Of a stretch of DNA of 64,000 bases, positions 8,582-18,682 are shown one piece after another. Position numbers and translations under genes: made by a program. The notes beneath the pieces were generated by a model that saw only the letters and a list, made by a program, of their open reading frames with translations, did not search any database and was not told the origin of the DNA. Each line of letters begins with the position of its first letter. The first letter of the stretch is position 1. Source of the DNA: a bacterium (lineage in GTDB: Bacteria; Bacteroidota; Bacteroidia; Bacteroidales; WCHB1-69); contig CAVIJD010000002.1 in the NCBI GenBank assembly GCA_963643165.1, positions 35,234 through 99,233 of the forward strand. Direction: 5' to 3'.

Positions 8582-9490
8582 ATGAAAAGACTCCTCACGC
8601 TGATTCTTCTGTCTTGTATCGTCGGCATGGCTTCGGCACAGGACTTCCAATGCCAGGTGTCCGTAAATGCGACACAGGTGACCGGAGGGTCGAACCCGCA
8701 ACGATTCAACGACTTGCAACAGAAGTTGTATCAGTTCATACACGACCGCAAATGGTGTCAGTATAATTTGAAAACCAACGAACGTATTGAGTGTGCCCTC
8801 CAGATTAACCTCACTGAAATTTCCGGCGATGTTATGAAAGGCACGATGACAATCCTGCTTCAACGCCCTGTGTATAAGGCAAGTTACAAGACTACACTGC
8901 TCAACTTTCAAGACAAGAAGGTGGAGTTCACCTACGCCGAGGGCGACGAGTTGGAGTATGCCGACAACGTGAACCTTTCACAGTTCACCTCCCTGATTGC
9001 TTATTACCTGAACCTTTTCCTCGCCGTTGAGTTTGATTCTTTCTCCATGAATGGCGGTTCTGCCTATTATACTAAATGCCAATCGATTGTTAATCTGAAC
9101 TCTTCGGCAAAGGAGGCAGGCTGGAGCGTGGCGGACAAGGGACAGAACAACCGCTACTGGATTGCGGAGAATTTCACGAACAGCACCTATAGCAAACTTC
9201 ACGATTTTTATTACCAGTATCACCGCCTCGGACTTGATGTCATGAGTGAGACCCCCGATGCCGGCCGTGCGGTCATTCTTGAAAGTCTCCGCCTTCTGCA
9301 ACAGGTGTATTCCCAAAAGTCAGGGCTCGCCATGGTGAAGGTCATCACTTCCACCAAATGCGATGAGATTGTCAACATTTTCAAAGAGGGCATGCCCAGC
9401 GAGAAGACCCAGGTTGTCAATATTATGAAGCAGATAGACCCGACTAACTCGTCAAAGTATGATGCCATAAACTCGTCAAGCAGCAATTAG
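8582..9490 (+). CDS. DUF4835-family secreted protein (I believe some databases label this family as T9SS-associated PorD; from memory, not checked)
   Basis: Signal peptide MKRLLTLILLSCIVGMASAQ. 302 aa. It occupies the conserved position between coaBC and recN. Confidence 0.6.
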   Translation: MKRLLTLILLSCIVGMASAQDFQCQVSVNATQVTGGSNPQRFNDLQQKLYQFIHDRKWCQYNLKTNERIECALQINLTEISGDVMKGTMTILLQRPVYKASYKTTLLNFQDKKVEFTYAEGDELEYADNVNLSQFTSLIAYYLNLFLAVEFDSFSMNGGSAYYTKCQSIVNLNSSAKEAGWSVADKGQNNRYWIAENFTNSTYSKLHDFYYQYHRLGLDVMSETPDAGRAVILESLRLLQQVYSQKSGLAMVKVITSTKCDEIVNIFKEGMPSEKTQVVNIMKQIDPTNSSKYDAINSSSSN

Positions 9491-9495
9491 ACGGC

Positions 9496-11184
9496 ATGTT
9501 ACAGTCACTGCAGATCAAGAATTACGCCCTGATACGGTCGCTCGACATTACGTTTGACTGTGGTTTTACGGTCATCACGGGCGAGACTGGCGCGGGCAAG
9601 TCTATATTGCTCGGCGCTTTGTCGCTGCTGCTCGGCAAAAGGGCCGAGACGGATGTGCTTTACGACAAGGCGCAGAAGTGCATCGTGGAGGGTACGTTTG
9701 ACATTGCGTCGTATGGGCTGCAGGATTTCTTTACGGCGCACGACCTCGACTATCAGGACCTGACGGTCGTACGTCGCGAGATCAATGAAAAGGGAAAGTC
9801 GCGGGCCTTTGTCAACGACACCCCCGTGAACCTTGCCGTTCTCAAGGAACTGGCGTCCGGACTGATAGACATCCATTCGCAGCACCAGAACCTGTTTCTG
9901 CAAGACTCCGGATTCCGCCTGCAGTTGTTGGACCGTTTTGCCCGCAACGAGGCGGCACTGTCAGCCTACCGGCAGTCGTTCGCACTCCTGAAAAAAACAG
10001 AACGTGAATACGACAGTCTGAAAGCCAAACACAGTGAGGCCACGCTGCAGCAGGAATTCAACAATTATACCATCCAGGAACTGGAGAAGGCGTCGCTGCA
10101 ACCCGGTGAGCAAGAGGAGGCAGAGAAAACAGTCTATATGCTCGACCACGCCGAACAGATAAAAACGCACCTCTACAAGGCCTCGATGCAACTTTCGGAG
10201 CACGACGGAGACACCGTGCTTGCCCAACTTAAGGCCATACAATATGAGTGTGAACCGCTGAAAGAGATTGGAGCAGAATATGTTGAACTTTGCAGCAGAC
10301 TCCATTCAGCCATCCTTGAACTGACGGATATCTCTTACGACATTGCCCGCAAAGAGCAAGATGTCACCGTGGACCCTGCGGAACTGAACCGTCTCAACGA
10401 ACGGCTTGACCTGATTTACATGTTAGAGCACAAATACCAGGTGGAGACCGTTGCCGACCTGCTGGCCATCGCGGAACGGCTCAAAAAAGAGTCGGAAGCC
10501 TACGTTGACAATGGCGCACAGTTGGAGGCGTTGAAAGCAGAACGGCAGCGGCTGCATGACCAGACGGCGCAACTTGCCGCTGAGCTTTCGGAGAGCCGTA
10601 GGCAAGCAATACCGCAACTGGAGTCTGAAATCATGCAGCAGCTTTCGCAACTGTCGCTGCCGGGCTGCCGCTTTGAGATAAAGATGGAACCGACAGGCGA
10701 CATGTACGAAACCGGCGTCGACAGCGTAGAGTTTCTGTTTTCGGCCAACAAGGGCATGCCGCTTTCAGACCTCGGCAAGGTGGCTTCCGGCGGCGAGATG
10801 TCGCGCGTGATGTTGGCGCTGAAGTCTGTGATTTCAGACACCGTGCTGCTTCCTACCGTAATCTTTGATGAAATAGACACGGGCATATCTGGCGAGACGG
10901 CCAACAAGGTGGCGGCCGCCATGGGGCGGCTTGCCACACGGCACCAGGTCATAGCCATCACGCACCTTCCGCAGATCGCGGCCAAAGGAACCCGGCAGTA
11001 TTGCGTGTTCAAGGAAGAACATGACGGCATCGCCGCCACGGGGCTCAAGGTGCTTGGCGAAGCGGAACGTATCAAGGCGATTGCCGCGCTCATCGGCGGC
11101 AGCCAGGCGGCAGAAGCCACCATGAACGCCGCCCGTGAACTTCTTTACGGCAACAAGGCCGACCATAACCAAAAACCATCCTGA
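9496..11184 (+). CDS. recN: DNA repair protein RecN
   Basis: MLQSLQIKNYALIRSLDITFDCGFTVITGETGAGKSILLGALSLLLGKRAE, a long coiled-coil middle region, and a C-terminal SGGEMSRVMLALK...FDEIDTGISG. Confidence 0.95.
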   Translation: MLQSLQIKNYALIRSLDITFDCGFTVITGETGAGKSILLGALSLLLGKRAETDVLYDKAQKCIVEGTFDIASYGLQDFFTAHDLDYQDLTVVRREINEKGKSRAFVNDTPVNLAVLKELASGLIDIHSQHQNLFLQDSGFRLQLLDRFARNEAALSAYRQSFALLKKTEREYDSLKAKHSEATLQQEFNNYTIQELEKASLQPGEQEEAEKTVYMLDHAEQIKTHLYKASMQLSEHDGDTVLAQLKAIQYECEPLKEIGAEYVELCSRLHSAILELTDISYDIARKEQDVTVDPAELNRLNERLDLIYMLEHKYQVETVADLLAIAERLKKESEAYVDNGAQLEALKAERQRLHDQTAQLAAELSESRRQAIPQLESEIMQQLSQLSLPGCRFEIKMEPTGDMYETGVDSVEFLFSANKGMPLSDLGKVASGGEMSRVMLALKSVISDTVLLPTVIFDEIDTGISGETANKVAAAMGRLATRHQVIAITHLPQIAAKGTRQYCVFKEEHDGIAATGLKVLGEAERIKAIAALIGGSQAAEATMNAARELLYGNKADHNQKPS

Positions 11185-11201
11185 ACCCGCTTACGTGTGA
11201 A

Positions 11202-11831
11202 ATGATGAAAAAAACAATACTGCTCCTTCTCGTGTTCATGACGTTCGTCTGCTCTTCGCAGGCGCAGCGCAAACAACAAGGCAGACGCTTTGTGTATATG
11301 ACCTCCATAGGCTGCGCCGGCGGAATTGGGCATATTGACCTTTTGGACGACAACGACGAGGCTTTCAAACGCATCAACAACGACTTGACCACGTTCCAAA
11401 TCAACCAGTTGTTCGCCTACCGTTTTAATCCTTACGTGATGTTGGGGCTCGGTGCCGGATTTGACATCTGGCGCCACACGGCTTTCATTCCCGTTTATGC
11501 CAACCTCACCGTTGACTTCTGCGACACCCGCATAGCCCCGTTGTGCTATGTCAATGCCGGCGCCAGCGGAAAGTGGTACATTCAGTCGAAACCCCAGACC
11601 AACGACCGGATTGTGCATGGCATGAAATGGGGACCGTCGTGCGAAGCCGGCCTCGGCCTGCGCATAACGTTCAACGACCGGCTCTCGTTGTTGCTTGCCG
11701 CCTGTTACAGGCTGCAACGCTCGGTGACCGGCTATTCTTACGACAACGACCAGTTCTCAGAGTATTACACAAACCGCAGTCTGCCCGTGAATTATCACTT
11801 CATTGGGGCCAGAATCGGAATCTCGTATTAA
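11202..11831 (+). CDS. Small outer-membrane beta-barrel protein (hypothetical)
   Basis: Signal peptide MMKKTILLLLVFMTFVCSSQAQ. Alternating beta-strand pattern. C-terminal ...YHFIGARIGISY with a terminal aromatic residue. Confidence 0.6.
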   Translation: MMKKTILLLLVFMTFVCSSQAQRKQQGRRFVYMTSIGCAGGIGHIDLLDDNDEAFKRINNDLTTFQINQLFAYRFNPYVMLGLGAGFDIWRHTAFIPVYANLTVDFCDTRIAPLCYVNAGASGKWYIQSKPQTNDRIVHGMKWGPSCEAGLGLRITFNDRLSLLLAACYRLQRSVTGYSYDNDQFSEYYTNRSLPVNYHFIGARIGISY

Positions 11832-11845
11832 AAAAACAGCCCAAA

Positions 11846-12040
11846 ATGGACAAGGAAATATCTTACACAGAAGCTTTCAAGAAATTGCAGGACATCGTGC
11901 AGAAAATGGAAAATGCAGACATCTCCATTGACGACTTGACCGAGAGCATCAAAGAGGCTTCTCGTTTGATCAGGATTTGCAAGGACAAATTGACGAAAAC
12001 CGAAGAAGAAGTGAACAAAACCATTTCAGAACTCTCCTGA
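11846..12040 (+). CDS. xseB: Exodeoxyribonuclease VII small subunit
   Basis: MDKEISYTEAFKKLQDIVQKMENADISIDDLTESIKEASRLIRICKDKLTKTEEEV. Only the last 64 codons of track ORF 11543..12040 are used; the rest overlaps the preceding gene. Confidence 0.85.
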   Translation: MDKEISYTEAFKKLQDIVQKMENADISIDDLTESIKEASRLIRICKDKLTKTEEEVNKTISELS

Positions 12041-12705
12041 TGTCCACGTTTGACCTGATCGATGCCGGCACGGAAGCCTATTGCGAGGCGCACACCACCC
12101 CGGAGAGCGAACTGCTCTACCGCCTTGGACGCGAGACGCACCTGCAGACTATCAACCCCCGCATGGCTTCGGGGCAGATGCAGGGACTGCTGCTCTCGTT
12201 CATCGCCAAGATGCTGCGCCCGGCATCTGTTTTGGAAATCGGCACCTTTACCGGCTATTCGGCACTTTGCCTCGCCGAGGGACTTGCCCCCGAGGGCGAA
12301 TTGCACACGGTGGAGGTGAATGTTGAATACGAGGACCGCATACGGCACTATTTCAGCCAGTCGCCGTTCAACAACCGCCTGTTTCTCCATATCGGAGATG
12401 CCCGTGAGGTGGTGCCCGCATTGCCAAACGCCTGGGACTTGGTGTTCATAGATGCCGACAAGGAGAACTATCCGCTTTATTACGATTTGGTGTTCCCGCG
12501 GGTGAAAGAGGGCGGCTTTATTTTGGCTGACAATGTATTGTGGAACGGAAAAGTGACCGAAGAAGTGTCCGCCCGCGACAAAGACACCCGTGCCATTATG
12601 GCTTTCAACGACAAGGTGCAGCAGGACAGCCGCGTGCGCAACCTCCTCTTGCCGTTCCGCGACGGAATTATGATGATAGAAAAACTACCGCAAAATGCGC
12701 ATTGA
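12040..12705 (+). CDS. Class I SAM-dependent O-methyltransferase (caffeoyl-CoA OMT-like family 3)
   Basis: MSTFDLID...[19 protein letters not shown] (motif I)...[18 protein letters not shown]. The start overlaps the xseB stop (TGATG). Confidence 0.85.
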   Translation: MSTFDLIDAGTEAYCEAHTTPESELLYRLGRETHLQTINPRMASGQMQGLLLSFIAKMLRPASVLEIGTFTGYSALCLAEGLAPEGELHTVEVNVEYEDRIRHYFSQSPFNNRLFLHIGDAREVVPALPNAWDLVFIDADKENYPLYYDLVFPRVKEGGFILADNVLWNGKVTEEVSARDKDTRAIMAFNDKVQQDSRVRNLLLPFRDGIMMIEKLPQNAH

Positions 12706-13378
12706 CATACTCACGCTTTTTCCTGACATGTTCAAGGGAGTGTTCGGAAACTCCATTCTCAAACGGGCCGTTGACAAAGGCTACGTTTCCCTGTACACCC
12801 ACGACATCCGGGACTATACCACTGACAAGCACCACAAAGCCGACGACTATCCTTTTGGCGGCGGTGCCGGCATGGTGATGATGATTGAACCTATTGCCCG
12901 CTGTATAGAGCAGCTGAAGCAGGAACGAACCTACGATGCAGTCTGCCTGATGGCGCCGGACGGTCAGACTTTCAACCAGCGCAAGGCCAACGAAATGTCG
13001 TTGCTCAACAACATCATCTTGTTGTGTGGGCACTATAAGGGCGTTGACGAAAGAGTCAGGGAACTCTATGTGACTGAAGAGCTGAGCATCGGCGACTATG
13101 TGCTCTCGGGGGGCGAACTGGCCGCAATGGTCATTGCCGATGCTATCGCCCGAGTCATCCCCGGTGTCATAGGCGACGCTGAGTCGGCATTGTCAGACTC
13201 GTTCCAAGACGGGCTGCTTTCTGCCCCCGTCTATACCCGCCCCGCAAATTACAACGGTCATTGTGTCCCCGAGGTGCTGCTTTCCGGCAACGACCGGCTC
13301 ATCGCCGAATGGAAACTCGAACAGCAATTGCAAAGAACACGACAACGTCGCCCCGACCTGCTTGAAAAGCGCCCATGA
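12695..13378 (+). CDS. trmD: tRNA (guanine37-N1)-methyltransferase
   Basis: [66 protein letters not shown]...[13 protein letters not shown]...[16 protein letters not shown]. Confidence 0.96.
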   Translation: MRIDILTLFPDMFKGVFGNSILKRAVDKGYVSLYTHDIRDYTTDKHHKADDYPFGGGAGMVMMIEPIARCIEQLKQERTYDAVCLMAPDGQTFNQRKANEMSLLNNIILLCGHYKGVDERVRELYVTEELSIGDYVLSGGELAAMVIADAIARVIPGVIGDAESALSDSFQDGLLSAPVYTRPANYNGHCVPEVLLSGNDRLIAEWKLEQQLQRTRQRRPDLLEKRP

Positions 13379-14664
13379 ACGAGACTGCAGACATGGAAGT
13401 GAAAAGACAGGGCCGCAAAGGGCGTCTCTTTACGGGCAATTGGCATTTTGACGCCTTTTACGCGTTGCTGTTGCTGGCAATGGCTTCATTGCCGTTTACC
13501 AACTGGCTGATGCTCCCTATTGCGGTTCTGATGTTTCTCAATTGGATTGTGGCGTGGAATTGGAAAGAGAAAATCCGCAATTTGAAAGAGAACGTTTCAC
13601 CCGTTGTCGGTGTCATCCTCTTCTCGCTTTACGCACTGGTGATTTATGGCTTTTTCCTCTCTTCCAATAAAGCCCACGCATTGGCGGCGTTCGACTGCAA
13701 CCTATGGTTTTTGGCCGCACCGCTGTTTGCCCTGACATGCAGCCGCAAAGACCTCAACCGGTCCCGAATACGTGTTGCCTTGCTGGTTTTTGCCCTATTC
13801 ACCTTTCTGCATCTCTGTGTCATATTTGGCATCGCCATTGCTAAATATATCAAGACGGACGATAGTTACGGGCTGTTTTACATACATTTGTCCTTGTTGA
13901 GGCATCCTTCGTACCTCGCCATGTATGTTACATTCTCCTTCTGCTTAGTTCTTGAATTTCTCTCCAAAGAAAAAGAGCGGCTCTCTTTCTGGGCCGAAAT
14001 GTTTGTCGTCTTCGTGTTAATGGTTTTTGCCGTGAGTGTCTTCTTTTTGCAGTCAAAGGCCGGCATATTGATATTCCTGTTGATTGGGGCGTTGTGGGTG
14101 GTGAACCTCTGGCTCATACGTACCGTAAACATTGCGGCCGTGCTCAGCATTCTGGTCTGCGTAGGCAGTGTCGTCGTAGTTTTGAACGAAACCGGCGATT
14201 TGCCGATCCGTCGGTTTCAGGCTTCTGCCGAGGACTTCGAGCACTTCCGGAACCAGGAACTCGGCGACGGCAGTGTCGAGATACGTCTTACGGTATGGAA
14301 GTCGGCCTTGGAAATCTGCCGCAAAAACATGCCGTGGGGAGTGGGCACCGGCGATGCGACGGACGAACTCTGTCTCAATGCCGTCCACAAGAACTACACA
14401 AACCTGATAGGCCATCACTTCAATGCCCACAACCAGTATCTTCAAACCTTGCTCACCGTTGGAGTCCCTGGACTGCTGGCACTGTTCTGCTATTGCGGAT
14501 TTCCGTTTGTGGTCAGTTTAAAGCGAAGGAATTTCTTGTATCTCTCCTTTGCCGTCATCGTGGCGCTGAATTTGGCGGCAGAGTCGATGTTTGAAACGCG
14601 CGCCGGGGTCGATTTCATTGCCCTGATGAACGTGTTGCTGCTTTTGAAAGCCAAAACAGTTTGA
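13375..14664 (+). CDS. O-antigen ligase (Wzy_C/WaaL-like) family membrane protein
   Basis: Polytopic membrane protein with the family-typical ...[24 protein letters not shown]... segment. ATGA overlap with the trmD stop. The exact start is uncertain. Confidence 0.75.
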   Translation: MNETADMEVKRQGRKGRLFTGNWHFDAFYALLLLAMASLPFTNWLMLPIAVLMFLNWIVAWNWKEKIRNLKENVSPVVGVILFSLYALVIYGFFLSSNKAHALAAFDCNLWFLAAPLFALTCSRKDLNRSRIRVALLVFALFTFLHLCVIFGIAIAKYIKTDDSYGLFYIHLSLLRHPSYLAMYVTFSFCLVLEFLSKEKERLSFWAEMFVVFVLMVFAVSVFFLQSKAGILIFLLIGALWVVNLWLIRTVNIAAVLSILVCVGSVVVVLNETGDLPIRRFQASAEDFEHFRNQELGDGSVEIRLTVWKSALEICRKNMPWGVGTGDATDELCLNAVHKNYTNLIGHHFNAHNQYLQTLLTVGVPGLLALFCYCGFPFVVSLKRRNFLYLSFAVIVALNLAAESMFETRAGVDFIALMNVLLLLKAKTV

Positions 14665-14817
14665 AATTTTTTTTTTGTTTTAAAAAAAAGCATATTTGCG
14701 TCGTTTAAGAATCCTCGCAGTATCAATGAGTCTCCTACTGACCGATTCTTGTTTTATCAATACAAGAGGCTCGAATAAAAATTTAAAAAATAAAATAAAA
14801 AAAACATTAACTTTTTA

Positions 14818-15228
14818 GTGACGACAGTAGCGATGATTTGCGCTGTCCTATGTTCTTCATGCGATGAATTTGTCGAGGATTCTGTATCATTTTATATTGA
14901 TGGGAACGAGATTATGACAGAAACAATTACCGTTCCGACTAATTCTTATCAGGAAGTCCAGATCAAGGTTTATGGGTCTTCGCTCAATTCCAGATTTATC
15001 TACTATTGGAGATCCGAATACGATTATCCGATTGATTTGAGATATACAGACAGTCTTGCGTTTTACCACACTGCTTCCGGTGACGTTATGGGCCGTAAAC
15101 TGGGCTCTTACCAACATTCCGAGTTCAGGATGATGTTCAGCGATTCTGTTTACCACCCGGGAGATCTCTATAAACTCAAGGTTACTGTTCAAGACTACCA
15201 AAGAACACTGAATTTTCTTGTAAAATAG
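14818..15228 (+). CDS. Hypothetical small beta-rich protein, possible lipoprotein (orphan, AT-rich)
   Basis: 136-codon ORF (GTG 14818 or ATG 14833) with a short hydrophobic N-terminus ending ...AVLCSSC. It is followed by a strong terminator. Visibly lower GC than its neighbours. I recognise no family. Confidence 0.5.
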   Translation: MTTVAMICAVLCSSCDEFVEDSVSFYIDGNEIMTETITVPTNSYQEVQIKVYGSSLNSRFIYYWRSEYDYPIDLRYTDSLAFYHTASGDVMGRKLGSYQHSEFRMMFSDSVYHPGDLYKLKVTVQDYQRTLNFLVK

Positions 15229-15261
15229 CACTCGCCGATAAAAAATTAATGTTTTCAATAA

Positions 15262-15304
15262 AAAGGCAAAGGGACGAAATTCTTTTTCGCCCCTTTGCCT
15301 TTTT
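15262..15304 (+). terminator. Rho-independent terminator after the orphan ORF
   Basis: Perfect 12-bp stem aaaggcaaaggg/ccctttgccttt running into a T-tract. Confidence 0.7.
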
Positions 15305-15308
15305 ATGC

Positions 15309-15316
15309 TATCTTTG
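15309..15316 (+). promoter_or_regulatory. -7 promoter box TATCTTTG for the C25 peptidase gene
   Basis: gcTATCTTTGcgcc, 42 nt upstream of ATG 15359. The track ORF start (15305) lies in this box. Confidence 0.55.
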
Positions 15317-15358
15317 CGCCCTTGTTTAAAAGATATTGAAATACAAAAAACACTTACA

Positions 15359-18300
15359 ATGAGTTGTTTAAAAAGGATTGTCCTGCTCTTGCCCGTTTTA
15401 TGCCTCGGCATCTCATCTCTATTTTCACAGAATGAAACGCTTCGTGTTACGATAGTGTCCGCTTCGGAAAAGGAGATTGTGGTGCGCGCAGATTTCCCCG
15501 ATTACAGAATCTCTCCAGTAGAGGTGAACGGCGAGACGATGCAAACGTTGTTTATGCCAGATGCGTACCCCTTGCTGAACGCCGGCGAGCCGGACCTCCT
15601 CCAAACAACTGTTTCACTGATTGTGCCCGAACATAGCCGTCCCGAAGTTGAAATTATCTCTTCGGAGTACGAAACTGTGTCCGACGTGAACCTCACCCCC
15701 TCAAAAGGAAAATTATACCGCAACGTGAACCCTTCTGACATCCCGTACAAAAAAGGGTCGGCCTATCAGAAAGACAGCTTTCTTTACGAGGATTCGGTTG
15801 AGGTGCAACAGCCATACGTGCTGCGCGACTATTCCGGAATGTCGCTGCGGCTTTTCCCTTTTGCCTACAACCCGCTGCGCCGGCAACTGAAGGTCTGCAA
15901 AAACATTACGGTAAAAGTTGCCTATAACAGCAAGAATTACATTAAATCCGTTCCCGTTGTCCCAGCAGCCTTTGACGCGTTATACCAAGAGCATTTCCTG
16001 AATTACGATGCGGTCAGAACAGGCAGCATGACCGAGAACGGTGAACTCCTGATTGTGTCGCCGGAGGAATTCCTTGAAGCCCTACAGCCGTTTGTGCAAT
16101 GGAAGACCCGCTGTGGCTATACGGTTACGACAGTCCCGCTCGAAACGGCAGGCAATACGGCAAATGCTGTCAAGACCTACCTTTCCAATTATTACAACCA
16201 ACACCGGCCGGCTTTTTTGCTGCTGGTGGGCGACGACAGCAAGTTCCCCGTGCTGACAGTCGGCGGCAACACGAGCGACAACTATTATGGCGAACTCGTT
16301 GGCGATGATGTCTATCCGGATGTCATAGTGGGCAAGATTTCCGCAACTACAGCAGATCATGTGCGCACACAAGTGGAGCGTTTCGTGGAGTACGAGTGCA
16401 ACCCTTCCGACACGGCCCACTTTTCCGTGTTCTGCGGCATTGCCTCCTCGGAAGGTCCCGGCGACAACAACGAGTACGACTATGACCATATCCGCAATAT
16501 CGGCAATGTACTCTCTGCTTATACTTATACCTCTGGATATGAACTCTTTGACGGCAACCAAGGCGGCATGGACGCGGCTGGCGACCCGGGCCCCACACAG
16601 GTGACAACGGCGCTCAACAGCGGTGTGGGCATCGTCAACTACTGCGGACACGGAATTTATACGGGCTGGAGCACTACCGAATTCAGGTCCACCCACGTCA
16701 GGCAACTCGACAATGCCGGCAAATTGCCGTTCATCATTTCCGTGGCTTGTCAGAACGGCGATTATGTGGGCAGAACATGCTTTGCCGAGGAGTGGCTGCG
16801 TGCTGAAAGGAGCGGGCAACCCGTCGGAGCCGTGGGCGCGCTGATGTCCACGATAAACCAACCGTGGATTTCACCCATGTATGCACAAGACCGCATGATG
16901 CAATACCTGACCGGCACAAACGGGCGCACGCAGTCCAAAACCTTAGGAGGCATCATCTTCAACGGCATTGCAGACATGCTCGACTATTACAACGACTATG
17001 AGGTTTCGCGCACCTGGATCCTCTTTGGCGACCCCACGCTGCAAGTGCGCACTTCAGCACCGCAAACACTCGTGGTGAACCACGCCGGCCAGATACCCGC
17101 CGGCCTCTCTTCCGTTGACTTTACCTCGCCCGTGGAGGGCGCAAGAGTTTCGGTGGCCAAAGGCGACGTGCTTGTGGCTACGGGCGTGGTGCAAGGCGGC
17201 AGCGTGACACTCGACCTCTCCGCCCTGCCCGTTGACCTCGACACGCTGGATGTGGTGGCCGTGGCCTCGGGCTATTTGCCCTACGAGGGAACAATCAGCC
17301 GTATGTCGGTGCAAGGTCCCTACATATTCTGCTCTTCCCTCGAACCCGACAGCGCCCGAGTGGCGGCCTATGGCACTACACTTGCCCTGAAAGCCGCATT
17401 CCGCAATATTGGCAACGACGGTTCCACCCGTGTCCGGGCACTCCTCAGCACAGACGACCCCTATTTGACGGTCGTTGACAGCACTCTGACACTGCTCCGG
17501 CTCGACTCCGGCAGCACGTCGGTGAGGCACGCCGCCTATACGGTCAGCGTGGCTCCGAATGCCCCGGCTGCATATACCGCAATGCTTACCGTACGAACCT
17601 CTTTTGAGGGAACGGCTGTGGAACGCACTTTCCCGATTACGCTTTACGCCCCCGACCTGACGGTCGAGTCGTTTAAGTTTAATGATGCCGCCTCGGCAAA
17701 CCCGAACGGGCGTTTCGATTTGGGCGAGACGGGCCAATTGCAGTTTGCCCTCGTCAATCAAGGCAACTATGAGGCTCCGGCCGGCAGACTCCGCGTCGTG
17801 TCTCTGGATGGCAAGATTCAGTTGGCAGAACAGTATTTGTCTGTCGCAACCGCAGGAGTAGGGGAGAAGCGCTTTGTTGAGGTTACGGCAACCGCCTCGC
17901 CCGAGGTTACGGGACCAACATACGCCCGCCTGAAAGCGATCTATACAGCAGGGAACCGAACCTCCGAGAAAATTTTTGACATCAGGGTGGGTGCCTTGGT
18001 GGAGAACTGGGAGTCGGGCGACTTTTCCGCATTCTCCTGGAACACGACCGGAAACAAGGCCTGGACGGTTACGAACCAGAATGCTTACGAGGGCAGCTAT
18101 GCCGCCCGCTCGGCCGCCATCGGCAATGACGCTACCAGCAACCTCTCTATCACCATTACCAACAATGTGCCAGACACGCTCTCTTTTTACTATTGGGTGT
18201 CGTCAGAAGAGGACTATGACTTCCTGATTTTCAAGGTTGACGGTGAGGAGAAAGGCAAATGGAGCGGCAACACGGGCTGGCAACGCTTTGCCTGCCTCCT

Positions 18301-18679
18301 GCCCGCAGGCCAGCATTTGCTTAAATGGACCTACGATAAGGATAACTATTATTCCGAAGGCTCTGACAAGGCGATGTTAGACATGATTGAGTTTCCGCTC
18401 CCGAGTTCCGCTACTGACATTCCGCAAAACATTGCCGAACGCCTCTATCTGTCGCCCAACCCGACAACCGGCGTCACCTACCTCTGTACCGTCGGTTCTG
18501 CCCCATTGAACGGAAGCGTATATCGGCTGTTTGATGTCGGCGGACGCTTGTTGCGGCAAGATGCCGTTGAAAGTACGCGGCAGCCGATTGCGCTCGACGG
18601 CCTGGAAGCCGGCATCTATCTTCTGGAAGTGAAGGATGATAATGATAATACTCAGATTTTCAAGATAATTAAACACTAA
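15359..18679 (+). CDS. Peptidase family C25 (gingipain-like cysteine peptidase) with propeptide, Ig/CARDB-like and jelly-roll domains and a T9SS C-terminal sorting domain
   Basis: Signal peptide MSCLKRIVLLLPVLCLGISSLFSQ. Propeptide-like N-terminus. Catalytic core ...LLIVSPEEFLEALQPFVQWKTRCGYTV...LLLVGDD...DNYYGEL...NYCGHGIYTGW (His)...PFIISVACQNGDY (Cys). C-terminal ...LYLSPNPTTGVTYL...GIYLLEVKDDNDNTQIFKIIKH is a type A T9SS CTD. Confidence 0.9.
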   Translation: MSCLKRIVLLLPVLCLGISSLFSQNETLRVTIVSASEKEIVVRADFPDYRISPVEVNGETMQTLFMPDAYPLLNAGEPDLLQTTVSLIVPEHSRPEVEIISSEYETVSDVNLTPSKGKLYRNVNPSDIPYKKGSAYQKDSFLYEDSVEVQQPYVLRDYSGMSLRLFPFAYNPLRRQLKVCKNITVKVAYNSKNYIKSVPVVPAAFDALYQEHFLNYDAVRTGSMTENGELLIVSPEEFLEALQPFVQWKTRCGYTVTTVPLETAGNTANAVKTYLSNYYNQHRPAFLLLVGDDSKFPVLTVGGNTSDNYYGELVGDDVYPDVIVGKISATTADHVRTQVERFVEYECNPSDTAHFSVFCGIASSEGPGDNNEYDYDHIRNIGNVLSAYTYTSGYELFDGNQGGMDAAGDPGPTQVTTALNSGVGIVNYCGHGIYTGWSTTEFRSTHVRQLDNAGKLPFIISVACQNGDYVGRTCFAEEWLRAERSGQPVGAVGALMSTINQPWISPMYAQDRMMQYLTGTNGRTQSKTLGGIIFNGIADMLDYYNDYEVSRTWILFGDPTLQVRTSAPQTLVVNHAGQIPAGLSSVDFTSPVEGARVSVAKGDVLVATGVVQGGSVTLDLSALPVDLDTLDVVAVASGYLPYEGTISRMSVQGPYIFCSSLEPDSARVAAYGTTLALKAAFRNIGNDGSTRVRALLSTDDPYLTVVDSTLTLLRLDSGSTSVRHAAYTVSVAPNAPAAYTAMLTVRTSFEGTAVERTFPITLYAPDLTVESFKFNDAASANPNGRFDLGETGQLQFALVNQGNYEAPAGRLRVVSLDGKIQLAEQYLSVATAGVGEKRFVEVTATASPEVTGPTYARLKAIYTAGNRTSEKIFDIRVGALVENWESGDFSAFSWNTTGNKAWTVTNQNAYEGSYAARSAAIGNDATSNLSITITNNVPDTLSFYYWVSSEEDYDFLIFKVDGEEKGKWSGNTGWQRFACLLPAGQHLLKWTYDKDNYYSEGSDKAMLDMIEFPLPSSATDIPQNIAERLYLSPNPTTGVTYLCTVGSAPLNGSVYRLFDVGGRLLRQDAVESTRQPIALDGLEAGIYLLEVKDDNDNTQIFKIIKH

Positions 18680-18682
18680 AAG

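Noticed and set aside
11543-11845. 5' two-thirds of track ORF 11543..12040 (165 aa), and minus-strand ORFs 11145..11717 and 11090..11404.
   Set aside because: They overlap the signal-peptide-bearing beta-barrel gene (11202..11831) in other frames and have Arg/Pro-rich nonsense composition. Only the last 64 codons (xseB, from ATG 11846) look like a real protein.
14667-14689. T10-G-T4-A8 homopolymer tract, considered as a phase-variation switch.
   Set aside because: It lies immediately after the O-antigen ligase stop codon, outside coding sequence, and not between recognisable promoter elements. It is most simply an A/T hairpin or terminator-like spacer.
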